The position numbers were made by a program, and so were the translations under genes. A stretch of DNA of 59,743 bases from Candidatus Hadarchaeota archaeon (GTDB lineage Archaea > CAYQAE01 > CAYVLA01): the NCBI GenBank assembly GCA_964452145.1, contig CAYVLA010000002.1, positions 1 through 59,743 of the forward strand, in the 5' to 3' direction. Shown piece after piece: positions 28,507-37,829 of the stretch. Position 1 is the stretch's first letter. Every line of letters begins with the position of its first letter. A model generated the notes under the pieces. It was not told where the DNA came from and did no database searches. It was given only the letters and a program-made list of their open reading frames with translations.

Positions 28507-29910
28507 ATGAACATCGTGTTGGTTGTTTTCGATTCGCTGAGAAAGGACTCCGTGGGCGTCTACGGTTCCCCTCCGTGGGGGGCCATACGGACTCCTCATT
28601 TCGATGCCTTTGCCAGGGAGTCCCTCGTCATGACCAGGGCATATCCCGAGTCCCTGCCGACGCTTCCAGCTCGCCGTGCCATCTACACAGGTCAACGGGT
28701 CTACCCGTTCCAGGACGCGGATTTCCACCTGAAGGGGGACTTCGTGGGAGCACCGGGCTGGGGTCCGATCCCTGAATCACAGCCAACCCTGGCCGAGATG
28801 CTGAAGGAGAAGGGATACCGGACCGCTCTGATCGCCGACGTGTATCACATGTTCAAGCCGTCCAAGAACTACTGGCGAGGTTTCGATCAGTGGACGTTCC
28901 TCCGAGGGCAGGAGAGCGACCCCGGCCGATCCGGCCCCCGACTCACCCAAGCTGAGATCGATTATTGGCTTCCGAAGGACATGCAGAATCCCAGAACCGT
29001 TGCATTCATAGACAGATGCATCACAAACATACGTGACCGGACAAGGGAGGAGGACTTCTTCGCCGCCAGGGTCTTCCGAGAGGCAGCGCTTTGGTTGGAG
29101 CAGAACCAGGATGCCGAGAAGTTCTTCCTCACAGTCGAGTCCTTCGACCCCCATGAGCCTTGGCTCGTGCCGGCCCACTACCGCAGAATGTATCTCCAAG
29201 AAGATGGACAGGAACAGGTGAAGTCGGGCTACAGCGACACCTCGGGCATGGATCCGGCCATCCTTCACAGAACCCAAGCCAACTACAGGGGATTGGTCAC
29301 GTTCTGCGACAGATGGTTCGGGTACTTCATGGAGTCGATGAGGGTGCTGGGACTCACGGACAACACGATGGTGGTATTCACATCGGACCATGGCCATTCC
29401 ATCGGAGATGCCAACTACGTGGGCAAGCGGGGCTACCCGTCCCTGCCCGAGATCTTCGACGTCCCACTGATGATTCGGCAGCCGAAAGGCGAGAACCCGG
29501 GCTTTAGCGACATCCTGGTCCAGCATACGGACATCGGCGCCCAGATTCTGGAGTCGGGTGGCGTCGTTCCCGAGCAGCCGATCCATGGAAAGCCTTTCCT
29601 GAAGGCAGCACTTGAGGGGAGGAAGGAGTTCCGAGACCATGTAACTGTGGCCTGGGGATCGGCGGTCACTGTGATCAACAAGCAATGGTGGTTCAACTCC
29701 AAGGTCAATGGGAGGGGAGTCTTCCTCTACGATCTATCCAGGTCCAAGCCTTTCAGCACGAATGTCGCAGACCGACATCCCGATGTGGCCGAGGATCTCT
29801 TCTCCAAAGCCGTTGCGGATGCCGAGGGGGGTTTCCCCGGCTGGCTCATGGAACTTGCCGAGAAGCAGCAGGACCCGCCCGGGTGCAGCGACCTGGTAGC
29901 GCGGAAATAG
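28507..29910 (+). CDS. Sulfatase-like (alkaline phosphatase superfamily) hydrolase
   Basis: NIVLVVFDSLRKD; PTLPARRAIYTG; FDPHEPW; TSDHG; VPLMI. Confidence 0.88.
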   Translation: MNIVLVVFDSLRKDSVGVYGSPPWGAIRTPHFDAFARESLVMTRAYPESLPTLPARRAIYTGQRVYPFQDADFHLKGDFVGAPGWGPIPESQPTLAEMLKEKGYRTALIADVYHMFKPSKNYWRGFDQWTFLRGQESDPGRSGPRLTQAEIDYWLPKDMQNPRTVAFIDRCITNIRDRTREEDFFAARVFREAALWLEQNQDAEKFFLTVESFDPHEPWLVPAHYRRMYLQEDGQEQVKSGYSDTSGMDPAILHRTQANYRGLVTFCDRWFGYFMESMRVLGLTDNTMVVFTSDHGHSIGDANYVGKRGYPSLPEIFDVPLMIRQPKGENPGFSDILVQHTDIGAQILESGGVVPEQPIHGKPFLKAALEGRKEFRDHVTVAWGSAVTVINKQWWFNSKVNGRGVFLYDLSRSKPFSTNVADRHPDVAEDLFSKAVADAEGGFPGWLMELAEKQQDPPGCSDLVARK

Positions 29911-30114
29911 GGCGGCCTGCGGCGGGGCTGGGAAGCGGTTCGGCGGGTTCCTGGGATTAGGTCGGCGTGCGCTAGCGCTTTCGCCTGGCTTACGCATCAC
30001 TGGAGACCGGAACGTGATGTCCGCCTACCCTACCCAACAAAGGAAGGTTTTTCTGCACAACGATCCTTCTCGTTCAGCGCGTGAGCCTGAGGCGATGACC
30101 CGGGACGAGGAACG

Positions 30115-30966
30115 ATGATGAGGTCGGCAAAGACTCTAGGAAACACCGCGGACAGGATCATGTGTGTATGCATCTTGGGTTTGGCGTTTGTTCTGGCGGA
30201 CATCCCACTGGTGCCTGCGCACGCCCCATCTGAGATGGTCCTAGCCTTCAATGCCACATCGCACAGGCTTAACGTGACGATCGAACACATCGTCTCAAGC
30301 TCAAGCTCCCACTACGTATACCTGATCACTGTGGAGAAGAACGGAGCCGCATACTCAGAGGAACGGTACCAGGGCCAGCCGACGGCAAACAGGTTCAGCC
30401 ACATGCTGGATGTCGATGCACTCCCCGGCGATGTTCTAAAGGTCTTCGCGGAGTGCAATCTTGGCGGATCACGAGTAGCATCCCTCCAGGTCAAGGATGA
30501 GAGGCCTGAGCAGCCTCCCGGAGAACAGCCTGAGGGGCCGCCCGAAGAACCGCCGGGTTGGGGGGCCCTTAGTCTGTGGTCGATCCATGCCACCCTCATG
30601 GTCGTGGGCTTCATCCTTTGCTCGGCCGGGGCCTACTCCACCTACCTCAGGGGGCATCGCTGGTGGTTCCGTTTTCACAAGATCGTGTCGACAGCCGGGG
30701 CTGTCGCAGGCGTGCTGGGGTTGGTGATCGCAAGCTACATGGTAGCCCTGTCTGGCGGCCCCCATATCAGAGTATCGCATGCATACATTGGCGTGATCGC
30801 CGTCATCTTCCTGATTCTTGGCCCAGTGTGGGGATACGTCTTCCTGAAAGCAGAGACGGCCAGGAAACGTACCATCAGAACGATACACGTCTGGTGGGGG
30901 CGCGCAAGCATAGTGCTGATGGCCCTGGCAATTCTGTCAGGCCTGAGCCTGACGGGCATGATCTGA
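30115..30966 (+). CDS. Secreted His/Cys metal-binding domain fused to a cytochrome b561-like 4-TM domain
   Basis: Signal peptide, HAP...H...HY...CN; Pro/Glu linker; four TM helices, each with a His (IHATLM, FHK, SHAYIG, IHVWWG). Confidence 0.7.
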   Translation: MMRSAKTLGNTADRIMCVCILGLAFVLADIPLVPAHAPSEMVLAFNATSHRLNVTIEHIVSSSSSHYVYLITVEKNGAAYSEERYQGQPTANRFSHMLDVDALPGDVLKVFAECNLGGSRVASLQVKDERPEQPPGEQPEGPPEEPPGWGALSLWSIHATLMVVGFILCSAGAYSTYLRGHRWWFRFHKIVSTAGAVAGVLGLVIASYMVALSGGPHIRVSHAYIGVIAVIFLILGPVWGYVFLKAETARKRTIRTIHVWWGRASIVLMALAILSGLSLTGMI

Positions 30967-31070
30967 GAGGATCGAGATGCTTCGCCCGCCAAGCCGCGCG
31001 GAGGGCAGGTTCTCCACCTCCATCGATCCCTGCCATCATCTTTATCTCTTGGATATCCCCCGGCTGACGC

Positions 31071-32714
31071 ATGGCTAACGGCGCGGATCTGGTTGTGGCA
31101 CAGCTCAAAGCCCAAGGCGTCACTTGGCTGGCGACCCTTTGCGGGAACGGGCTGAATCCTTTCTTCGATGCCTGCTGCAGGGGTGGCATAAGGGTTGTCG
31201 ACACCCACAACGAGCAGGCAGCCGCCTACATGGCCGATGCATGCGCAAGGCTGACCGGCAGGCTCGGGGTCTGTGCGGTCAGCAGCGGGATCGCTCACAT
31301 CAATGCCCTGAGCGGGGTGGCCAATGCATATTTCGATGGTGCTCCGCTTCTTCTGATAACCGGTGCAAGCGCGGGGTACGGTGCCGATCGAGGCGTTTTC
31401 CAGGAATTTGACCAGGTGGCGCTTGCGGCACCCATATGCAAGTACTCCAGGCTTGTGTCAAGGGTTGAGGACCTCTCCTTTGCACTAAGGGAGGCCATAT
31501 CCCGTTCCCTGGCCGAGAGGCCCGGGCCAGCTCATCTGACCATTCCAGAGGATGTCTTCCTGGCTTCTGTCCCGCCTCTCAAAGGCCTTCGAGCGGTGAG
31601 CAAGTCGGAGTCGCCAATTCCGCAGAGATCCGCCCTCGGCCTGGCGGCGAAGATGATCGCCGAGTCGAATCGACCCGTGCTTGTCGCCGGAACGGGTCTG
31701 TTTAGATCGGGCGGAGGGCAGGCCCTGGTAGAGTTCAGTGAAGCATTCGACGTGCCCTTCGTGATCCCCATCTGGGACAGGGGATGCGTCGAGAAGCGCC
31801 ATCCCAGCTTCATGGGAGTCGTGGGGGCAGCGAGCGGGGAGCCCCCGATTCTGCAGGAATCGGACCTAATCCTATTGGTTGGGGCAAGCCCGGACTACAG
31901 ATGCGGGTTCCTTCTGCCGCCCAAAGTCCAGCCTGGAGTCTACACGATCAGGATCGATTCCGATCCCAGCGAGCTGGCAAAGGGCAGGATTGCTGACGTC
32001 GCTCTCCTTGGGCATCCGGCCAAGGTTCTGAGCATGCTGGCCCGGCATAGGGGAGAGAAGGGGGGAAAGCACCGAGACTGGCTGAACCGATGCAGAAACA
32101 AGTTGGAGGAGTTCAGAGGTCCATGGACGAAGCCCGTGCCCAGCCGCGGATTCCTCACTGGGCAGGACATCGTGGAAGCCATTCGGCCGACCCTGTCCGA
32201 AAACGTAATACTTCTGATAGACGGCGGCAACATCGGTCAATGGGCTCACATGGTCCTTGCAGACCATTATCCATCCCGGTGGCTGACCTGCGGAGCGAGT
32301 GCAGTGGTGGGCTGGGGCATTCCAGGCGCCATGGGGGCGAGACTCGAGCATCCTGATCGACCGATCCTATTGCTGTCGGGGGACGGCGCTTTCGGCTTCA
32401 CGCCGACCGAGCTTGAATCGGCTGTGAGACAGGAGCTTCCCTTCGTCGCCGTGGTGGCCAACGACAGCGCCTGGGGCATCGTCGTATGCGGACAGCGGGA
32501 TGCTTGGAAGGGGCGAACGGTGGCCAGCGAAACGAGAGAGATAAGGTTTGACAGACTGGCCGAGGCCCTAGGAGCCAGGGGGCTGAGGATCGAGAGGGCC
32601 CACGATCTCACCAAGGCGATAGTCGATGGCTTCTCCCAAGCCGTACCGACGGTCATCGATGTTCCGACCAGGGTCATCTCCCCTAGCGACGCGAAGAGGG
32701 AATGCACGGAATAG
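31071..32714 (+). CDS. Thiamine pyrophosphate-dependent enzyme (acetolactate synthase / 2-hydroxyacyl-CoA lyase-like)
   Basis: HNEQAAAYMADA..RLTG; GDGAFG...ND TPP motif. Confidence 0.9.
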   Translation: MANGADLVVAQLKAQGVTWLATLCGNGLNPFFDACCRGGIRVVDTHNEQAAAYMADACARLTGRLGVCAVSSGIAHINALSGVANAYFDGAPLLLITGASAGYGADRGVFQEFDQVALAAPICKYSRLVSRVEDLSFALREAISRSLAERPGPAHLTIPEDVFLASVPPLKGLRAVSKSESPIPQRSALGLAAKMIAESNRPVLVAGTGLFRSGGGQALVEFSEAFDVPFVIPIWDRGCVEKRHPSFMGVVGAASGEPPILQESDLILLVGASPDYRCGFLLPPKVQPGVYTIRIDSDPSELAKGRIADVALLGHPAKVLSMLARHRGEKGGKHRDWLNRCRNKLEEFRGPWTKPVPSRGFLTGQDIVEAIRPTLSENVILLIDGGNIGQWAHMVLADHYPSRWLTCGASAVVGWGIPGAMGARLEHPDRPILLLSGDGAFGFTPTELESAVRQELPFVAVVANDSAWGIVVCGQRDAWKGRTVASETREIRFDRLAEALGARGLRIERAHDLTKAIVDGFSQAVPTVIDVPTRVISPSDAKRECTE

Positions 32715-32772
32715 CAAGAGACCGTCTAGTAGTCTCGCAAAAACTTTATATGACCGTCTTCGAGTCCTGTTC

Positions 32773-32985
32773 ATGCCGATCGATGGATACGTAGAATACC
32801 AGCGCCGCGAGTACTGCAAGGACATCCGGTGCCCCCGGCAGATAGAGCTCGAAAGCAAGCCCGTGGGCTCAGAGGATTACGAGAGGGTGAGGCAGGCCTG
32901 CAAGACGGGCTGTGTCCACACCACGTACGAGTTCCATCACTGGCTGACAGACAGGGGTTACCTTATCGTTAGACCGGCAAGATAG
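32773..32985 (+). CDS. Small Cys/His-rich hypothetical protein, first gene of the lsrF operon
   Basis: YCKDIRC...CKTGC...FHHWL...GY. TTTATA box at about 32745, 28 nt upstream of the ATG. Confidence 0.7.
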   Translation: MPIDGYVEYQRREYCKDIRCPRQIELESKPVGSEDYERVRQACKTGCVHTTYEFHHWLTDRGYLIVRPAR

Positions 32986-32998
32986 GGTGTGTGTACGC

Positions 32999-33790
32999 AT
33001 GGACTGGGGAATGCAGAACCGATTGTCAAGGATAATCAAGACCAAGACGGGCAGAACCGTAATGCTAGCCGTGGACCACGGGTACTTCCTAGGCCCGACC
33101 ACCAGGCTCGAGGTTCCGAGGACAACGATTGCCCCTCTGCTCCCGTACGCTGATGCCGTGATGCTCACCAGAGGGGTTCTCCGGACATCGGTGGACCCCG
33201 GCACGGATACCCCGATCGTACTCCGCATCTCGGGCGGGACCAGCATACTCAAAGAACTCTCAAACGAGGGCATAACCACCTCGATGAAAGAGGCCGTTCG
33301 CCTGAACGTCTGCGCGGTCGCTCTCTCCATCTTCGTGGGGTCTGAGAACGAGAAGCAGACCCTCATGAACCTTTCAAACGTCGTGGACGTGGCCCAGGAA
33401 TACAACATGCCTGTGCTAGCCGTTACAGCCGTCGGAAAGGAGATGGGCCGGGATGCAAGGTACCTAGGGCTGTGCTGCAGGATCGCGGCCGAACTCGGGG
33501 CGAACTTCGTCAAGACGTACTACTGTGAAGATTTCGCGAAAGTGGCGGAGGGATGTCCCGTCCCGCTGGTCATAGCCGGGGGCAAGAAGACGGGCGAGCT
33601 GGAGGCCCTTCAGATGGCTAGCAACGCCATCAGGGAAGGGGCGGTGGGGGTTGACATGGGACGGAATATCTGGCAGTCGGACCACCCCATCCCTATGATC
33701 AGGGCCGTGAGGGCCGTCGTGCAGGAGAATGCAACCCCCGAAGAAGCACTGCAGCTCTTCAACAGCCTGAAGGAAGGCAAGGAAGAGTAG
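32999..33790 (+). CDS. lsrF: LsrF-type class I aldolase / 3-hydroxy-5-phosphonooxypentane-2,4-dione thiolase
   Basis: MDWGMQNRLSRI; MLAVDHGYFLGPT; LRISGG; AELGA..VKTYY; IAGGKK; GVDMGRNIWQ. Confidence 0.88.
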   Translation: MDWGMQNRLSRIIKTKTGRTVMLAVDHGYFLGPTTRLEVPRTTIAPLLPYADAVMLTRGVLRTSVDPGTDTPIVLRISGGTSILKELSNEGITTSMKEAVRLNVCAVALSIFVGSENEKQTLMNLSNVVDVAQEYNMPVLAVTAVGKEMGRDARYLGLCCRIAAELGANFVKTYYCEDFAKVAEGCPVPLVIAGGKKTGELEALQMASNAIREGAVGVDMGRNIWQSDHPIPMIRAVRAVVQENATPEEALQLFNSLKEGKEE

Positions 33791-33795
33791 TACAG

Positions 33796-34821
33796 ATGCG
33801 CGTCGCAGTGTACTACCGGAACGATGATGTCCGCCTAGAGGAAAGGCCGGTCCCTGAAATAGGGCCGCGCGAGATCCTGATCAAGGTGATGGCCTGCGGA
33901 ATCTGCGGAAGCGATGTCCTTGAGTGGTACCGGATCAAGACGGCCCCCCGCGTCCTCGGCCACGAGATCGGAGCTGAAGTGGCCAAGGTGGGAAGCAGCG
34001 TCCGAGGCCTTGACGTTGGTGATCGGATCTTCGTCTCCCACCATGTTCCCTGCAATACCTGTCATTACTGCCTCACGGGCCACCATACGGCATGCCAGAC
34101 GCTTCACAACACCAACTTCGATCCAGGCGGCTTTGCCGAGTATGTCAGGGTGCCGGAAATAAACGTGGATCGGGGAACCTTCCGTTTGCCGGCCGAGTTG
34201 AGCTACGAGGATTCCGCCTTTATAGAGCCCATGGCATGCGTTGTGAGGGGGCAGAGGATATGCGGCATCGAGCCCGGATGCAGCGTGCTGGTGCTTGGAA
34301 GCGGGATTGCAGGCATCCTCCATGTTCAACTCGCCCGGGCGATGGGTGCGGGCACGATCATTGCCACGGATGTAAGCGAGTACCGTCTGGCCGCAGCTAG
34401 GAGATTCGGTGCCGATGCGGTCATCCCCGCCAGCGAGAATGTTCCGGTCATGGTCAGGGAGTTGAACGACGGTTTTCTGGCAGATCGCGTCGTACTGTGT
34501 ACGGGAGCTCTCTCTGCAATTCCGCAGGCGCTTGCCTCGGTCGAGAGGGGAGGGATCGTCCTGTTCTTTGCGGTGCCGCCTCCGGGGAAGGACGTCCCGG
34601 TGCCAATGGGGCAGTTCTGGAGGGATGAGATATCGCTCAGTACGTCCTACGCGGCCTCGCCCTCAGACATCGCCCAGGCCATCAAGCTGATTCGGGCCCG
34701 GCGTGTGAACGTCCGAGACATGGTTACCCACAGGCTCCCCCTCGCCGAGACTCAGAAGGGCTTCCAGAAGGTGGCGGCCGCGGAGGATTCGCTGAAGGTC
34801 ATCGTTAACCCGCAGGAGTGA
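33796..34821 (+). CDS. Zinc-dependent alcohol/polyol dehydrogenase
   Basis: CGICGSD; GHE; C..C..C structural Zn site; GSGIAG Rossmann motif. Confidence 0.92.
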   Translation: MRVAVYYRNDDVRLEERPVPEIGPREILIKVMACGICGSDVLEWYRIKTAPRVLGHEIGAEVAKVGSSVRGLDVGDRIFVSHHVPCNTCHYCLTGHHTACQTLHNTNFDPGGFAEYVRVPEINVDRGTFRLPAELSYEDSAFIEPMACVVRGQRICGIEPGCSVLVLGSGIAGILHVQLARAMGAGTIIATDVSEYRLAAARRFGADAVIPASENVPVMVRELNDGFLADRVVLCTGALSAIPQALASVERGGIVLFFAVPPPGKDVPVPMGQFWRDEISLSTSYAASPSDIAQAIKLIRARRVNVRDMVTHRLPLAETQKGFQKVAAAEDSLKVIVNPQE

Positions 34822-34964
34822 CGCGTCAGGCTGTGGCGCAACCGCCGGGCAATTCTACTGGCTAAAGCAACTCATTAAGAGATCGGCTTGAGCCTCGAGC
34901 TAGAGACGGGTCGAAGACATCGCCTATCACGATGACCAGACCCGAGGCACGTAGGTGAGATCGT

Positions 34965-35543
34965 ATGGAACTGAAGGAAGCCATCAGGGAGAGAAGGGCG
35001 TAGAGATCCCTGGAGCCTGTCGCAGTGGATCGCCAGCTGGCCGAGGATCTGTCGCGGAACGCGCAGATGGCACCGTCGTGCTTCAACAACCAGCCTTGGC
35101 GGTTCATCTTCGTCTACGAACCTGCAGTGTTGGAATCGGCCTTCTCCTCGCTGACCCCGGGGAACAAGTGGGCAAGATCGGCCTCCATGATCGTGGCAGT
35201 CGCAAGCAGGAGGGACCTTGACTGTGTGTCCAGCGAAAGGGAGTATTACCTCTTTGACACTGGAATGGCCACTGCCTTCCTAATCCTCAGAGCAACCGAG
35301 CTTGGGCTTGTTGCTCACCCCATAGCGGGTTACGACGAGGCGAGGATCAAGGAGATCCTGGGAATCCCAGCCGATCTATCGGTCATCACACTGGTGGTCA
35401 TCGGGAAGCGTTCCAATGCGATCAATCCCGTTCTTTCCAGCACCCAGATCAAGGCCGAAAAGAAGAGACCCGAGCGACTTCCACTGAGAGAGTTTGTGCA
35501 CATGAACCGCTTCCAAGGCGAAAGACGTGCTCGGGCGGTTTGA
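34965..35543 (+). pseudogene. Nitroreductase family gene with an in-frame TAG at codon 13
   Basis: AGGTGA RBS, then MELKEAIRERRA*RSLEPV, continuing in frame into APSCFNNQPWRF...DTG.A....L.ATELGL. TAG at 35001-35003. Confidence 0.8.
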
Positions 35544-35723
35544 GACGTTGCTGGGTCGTTCTAGATCGCTCCACCCACGTGAGTCCACGGGAAGGGGCAT
35601 TCTGAGGGCATGGAGCTCCGGCCGGAACAGGAATCCCGGGTGTCGTATTGGTTGGAACGTGGGACTGAAGAATGGACCGAATCTCGAAGAGAAGGATAGC
35701 CGGGGTGCATAGCGCTGAGCAAG

Positions 35724-37829
35724 ATGGTGGTCGGACGCAAGCCGAACAGATTGATTCGTGAGAAGAGTCCATATCTCCTTCAGCATGCATACAACCCAGT
35801 CGACTGGTATCCTTGGGGCCGGGAAGCCTTCGAAAAAGCAGAGAAGGAGAACAAGCCGATCTTCCTCTCCGTAGGCTACTCGTCCTGCCATTGGTGCCAC
35901 GTCATGGAGCGGGAGTCTTTCGAGGATCCCGCAATAGCGAACAAGATGAACCGGGTCTTTGTGTCCGTGAAGGTCGATCGCGAGGAAAGGCCCGACATCG
36001 ATGCCGTGTACATGAAGTTCTGTCAGACGATGACTGGGAGAGCCGGTTGGCCCCTCACGGTCCTTATGACCCCCAATGGGAAGCCCTTCTATGCGGGCAC
36101 ATACTTCCCGAAGGAGACAAGGTCTGGTGTGATCGGAATGTCCGAGCTCGTCTCGAGGGTCCATGAACTCTGGGAGAAGCACGGAGAAGTTGTCATGGAT
36201 TCGGCTGAAGAGATGATGCGGCAAGTTAGCCAGACTCAGCCTCCGCCGGGCGACGTGCCGGGAGAGGAGACTCTAAGCCGGGCGTTCGATGAACTGCAGG
36301 ACAGTTTCGACGAGGATTACGGGGGGTTTGGCGGAAGACCCAAGTTCGCCATGCCGCACAATCTCTGTTTCCTTCTCCGTTGGTGGAAGCGGACCGGTGA
36401 CGAAGATGCCCTGAGAATGGTCACCACGACGCTTGACTCCATGCGTTTCGGCGGCATATCCGACCAGATAGGCTTCGGCTTCCACCGGTATTCCACTGAT
36501 CGACAATGGCTGGTTCCACACTTTGAGAAGATGCTCTGCGATCAGGCTCTACTGGCCATGGCGTACCTAGAGGCGTATCAGGCCACTCACAGGCAGGAAT
36601 ACGCTCGTACCACAAGAGAGATCTTGGAGTACGTGGGCCGGGACATGTGCTCGCCCGGGGGCGGCTTCTACTCCGCTGAGGATGCAGATAGCGAGGGAGA
36701 GGAGGGCAAGTACTACCTTTGGACACTGACGGAGATGCGCGATGCCCTGGGGGCCGAGGATGCCGAATTCGCTGCCAGAGTGTTTCACATTCGAGAGGAG
36801 GCCGATGCCGGATCCGAGTCGCACGGATTTCCAAGGGGGGCCAACGTTCCCCACCTGTTGCGGCCTCTGGGTGACTTGGCCCAGGAAATGGGTATTGACG
36901 GGGCTGAGCTCTCCGAAAGAATACAGGATATCGTTCGCCGCCTTCGCGGGGCTCGGCGAATGCGGGTGCGCCCGAACCGGGATGACAAGATAATGACAGA
37001 CTGGAATGGTCTGATGATCGCTGCCCTGGCAAGGGCGGCTCAGGTGTTAGGCGAGGAAATATACCTTGAATCAGCCCTCAAAGCTGCAGGCTTCGTTCTC
37101 GAGAAGATGCGCCGGCCCGACGGTCGGCTCCTGCATCGATACCGAGACGGCGAGTCCTCCGTCCAAGCCAATCTGGACGACTATGCGTTCCTCGTCTGGG
37201 GTTTGATCGAGCTGCACGAGGCCTCGTTTGACTGGAGGTACCTAGAGGAGGCTTCCAGGTTGAGCGACGAACTGGTTCGCCATTTCTGGGATGACGGATC
37301 TGGTGGGTTCTACATGACTCCCGATGACGGAGACGTCCTGCCCCTTCGCCTCAAGCAGGCATACGATGGCGCGGTGCCATCGGGCAACTCGGTCGCGATG
37401 CTGAACCTGATGAGGCTGGGACGGCTTCTGTCCCGGCCCGAACTTGAGGAAAAGGCAACGGTCCTGTTGAAGGCGTTCAGCTCCAAGATCCGATCATCCC
37501 CGTCAGCCCATTCCCAAATGCTGATTGCACTTGACTTCATGGTTGGCCCGTCCTACGAGATCGTGCTGACCGGCATCCCGGGTTCAGCCGATTCCAGGGC
37601 GATGATCGAAACGGTGCGGGCTCGGTTCCTGCCGAACAAGGTGGTGATGTTCAAGCCCTCCTCGGAGCAGCTTCTCGCCCCTCCGAGAGTTCAGCAGGTC
37701 CTCAGATGTCACGAGGCCCTCGGCGACAAGGCAACCGCGTATGTCTGCGTGAACTACTCCTGCAGGAGTCCTGTTATCGATCCGCTTGAGCTTGGCAGGA
37801 TGCTGGATGCAATGGGGTCCCCGCTCTGA
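35724..37829 (+). CDS. YyaL/SSP411 thioredoxin-domain protein (DUF255 plus alpha/alpha barrel)
   Basis: [67 protein letters not shown]. Confidence 0.93.
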   Translation: MVVGRKPNRLIREKSPYLLQHAYNPVDWYPWGREAFEKAEKENKPIFLSVGYSSCHWCHVMERESFEDPAIANKMNRVFVSVKVDREERPDIDAVYMKFCQTMTGRAGWPLTVLMTPNGKPFYAGTYFPKETRSGVIGMSELVSRVHELWEKHGEVVMDSAEEMMRQVSQTQPPPGDVPGEETLSRAFDELQDSFDEDYGGFGGRPKFAMPHNLCFLLRWWKRTGDEDALRMVTTTLDSMRFGGISDQIGFGFHRYSTDRQWLVPHFEKMLCDQALLAMAYLEAYQATHRQEYARTTREILEYVGRDMCSPGGGFYSAEDADSEGEEGKYYLWTLTEMRDALGAEDAEFAARVFHIREEADAGSESHGFPRGANVPHLLRPLGDLAQEMGIDGAELSERIQDIVRRLRGARRMRVRPNRDDKIMTDWNGLMIAALARAAQVLGEEIYLESALKAAGFVLEKMRRPDGRLLHRYRDGESSVQANLDDYAFLVWGLIELHEASFDWRYLEEASRLSDELVRHFWDDGSGGFYMTPDDGDVLPLRLKQAYDGAVPSGNSVAMLNLMRLGRLLSRPELEEKATVLLKAFSSKIRSSPSAHSQMLIALDFMVGPSYEIVLTGIPGSADSRAMIETVRARFLPNKVVMFKPSSEQLLAPPRVQQVLRCHEALGDKATAYVCVNYSCRSPVIDPLELGRMLDAMGSPL

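Noticed and set aside
27366..28514. Long antisense ORFs (for example 27366..28514, 24798..25766, 28777..29685, 41551..42426)
   Set aside because: They are shadows of well-supported genes on the opposite strand in GC-rich DNA and carry no motifs.
34965..35003. Genome-wide amber (TAG) recoding, suggested by two in-frame TAGs at probable Tyr positions (35001 and 21342)
   Set aside because: Many intact genes here end in TAG at the expected C-terminus (for example 8773, 13556, 16233, 28346, 29910). No pyl genes or suppressor tRNA are visible, and one case lies in an obvious remnant.
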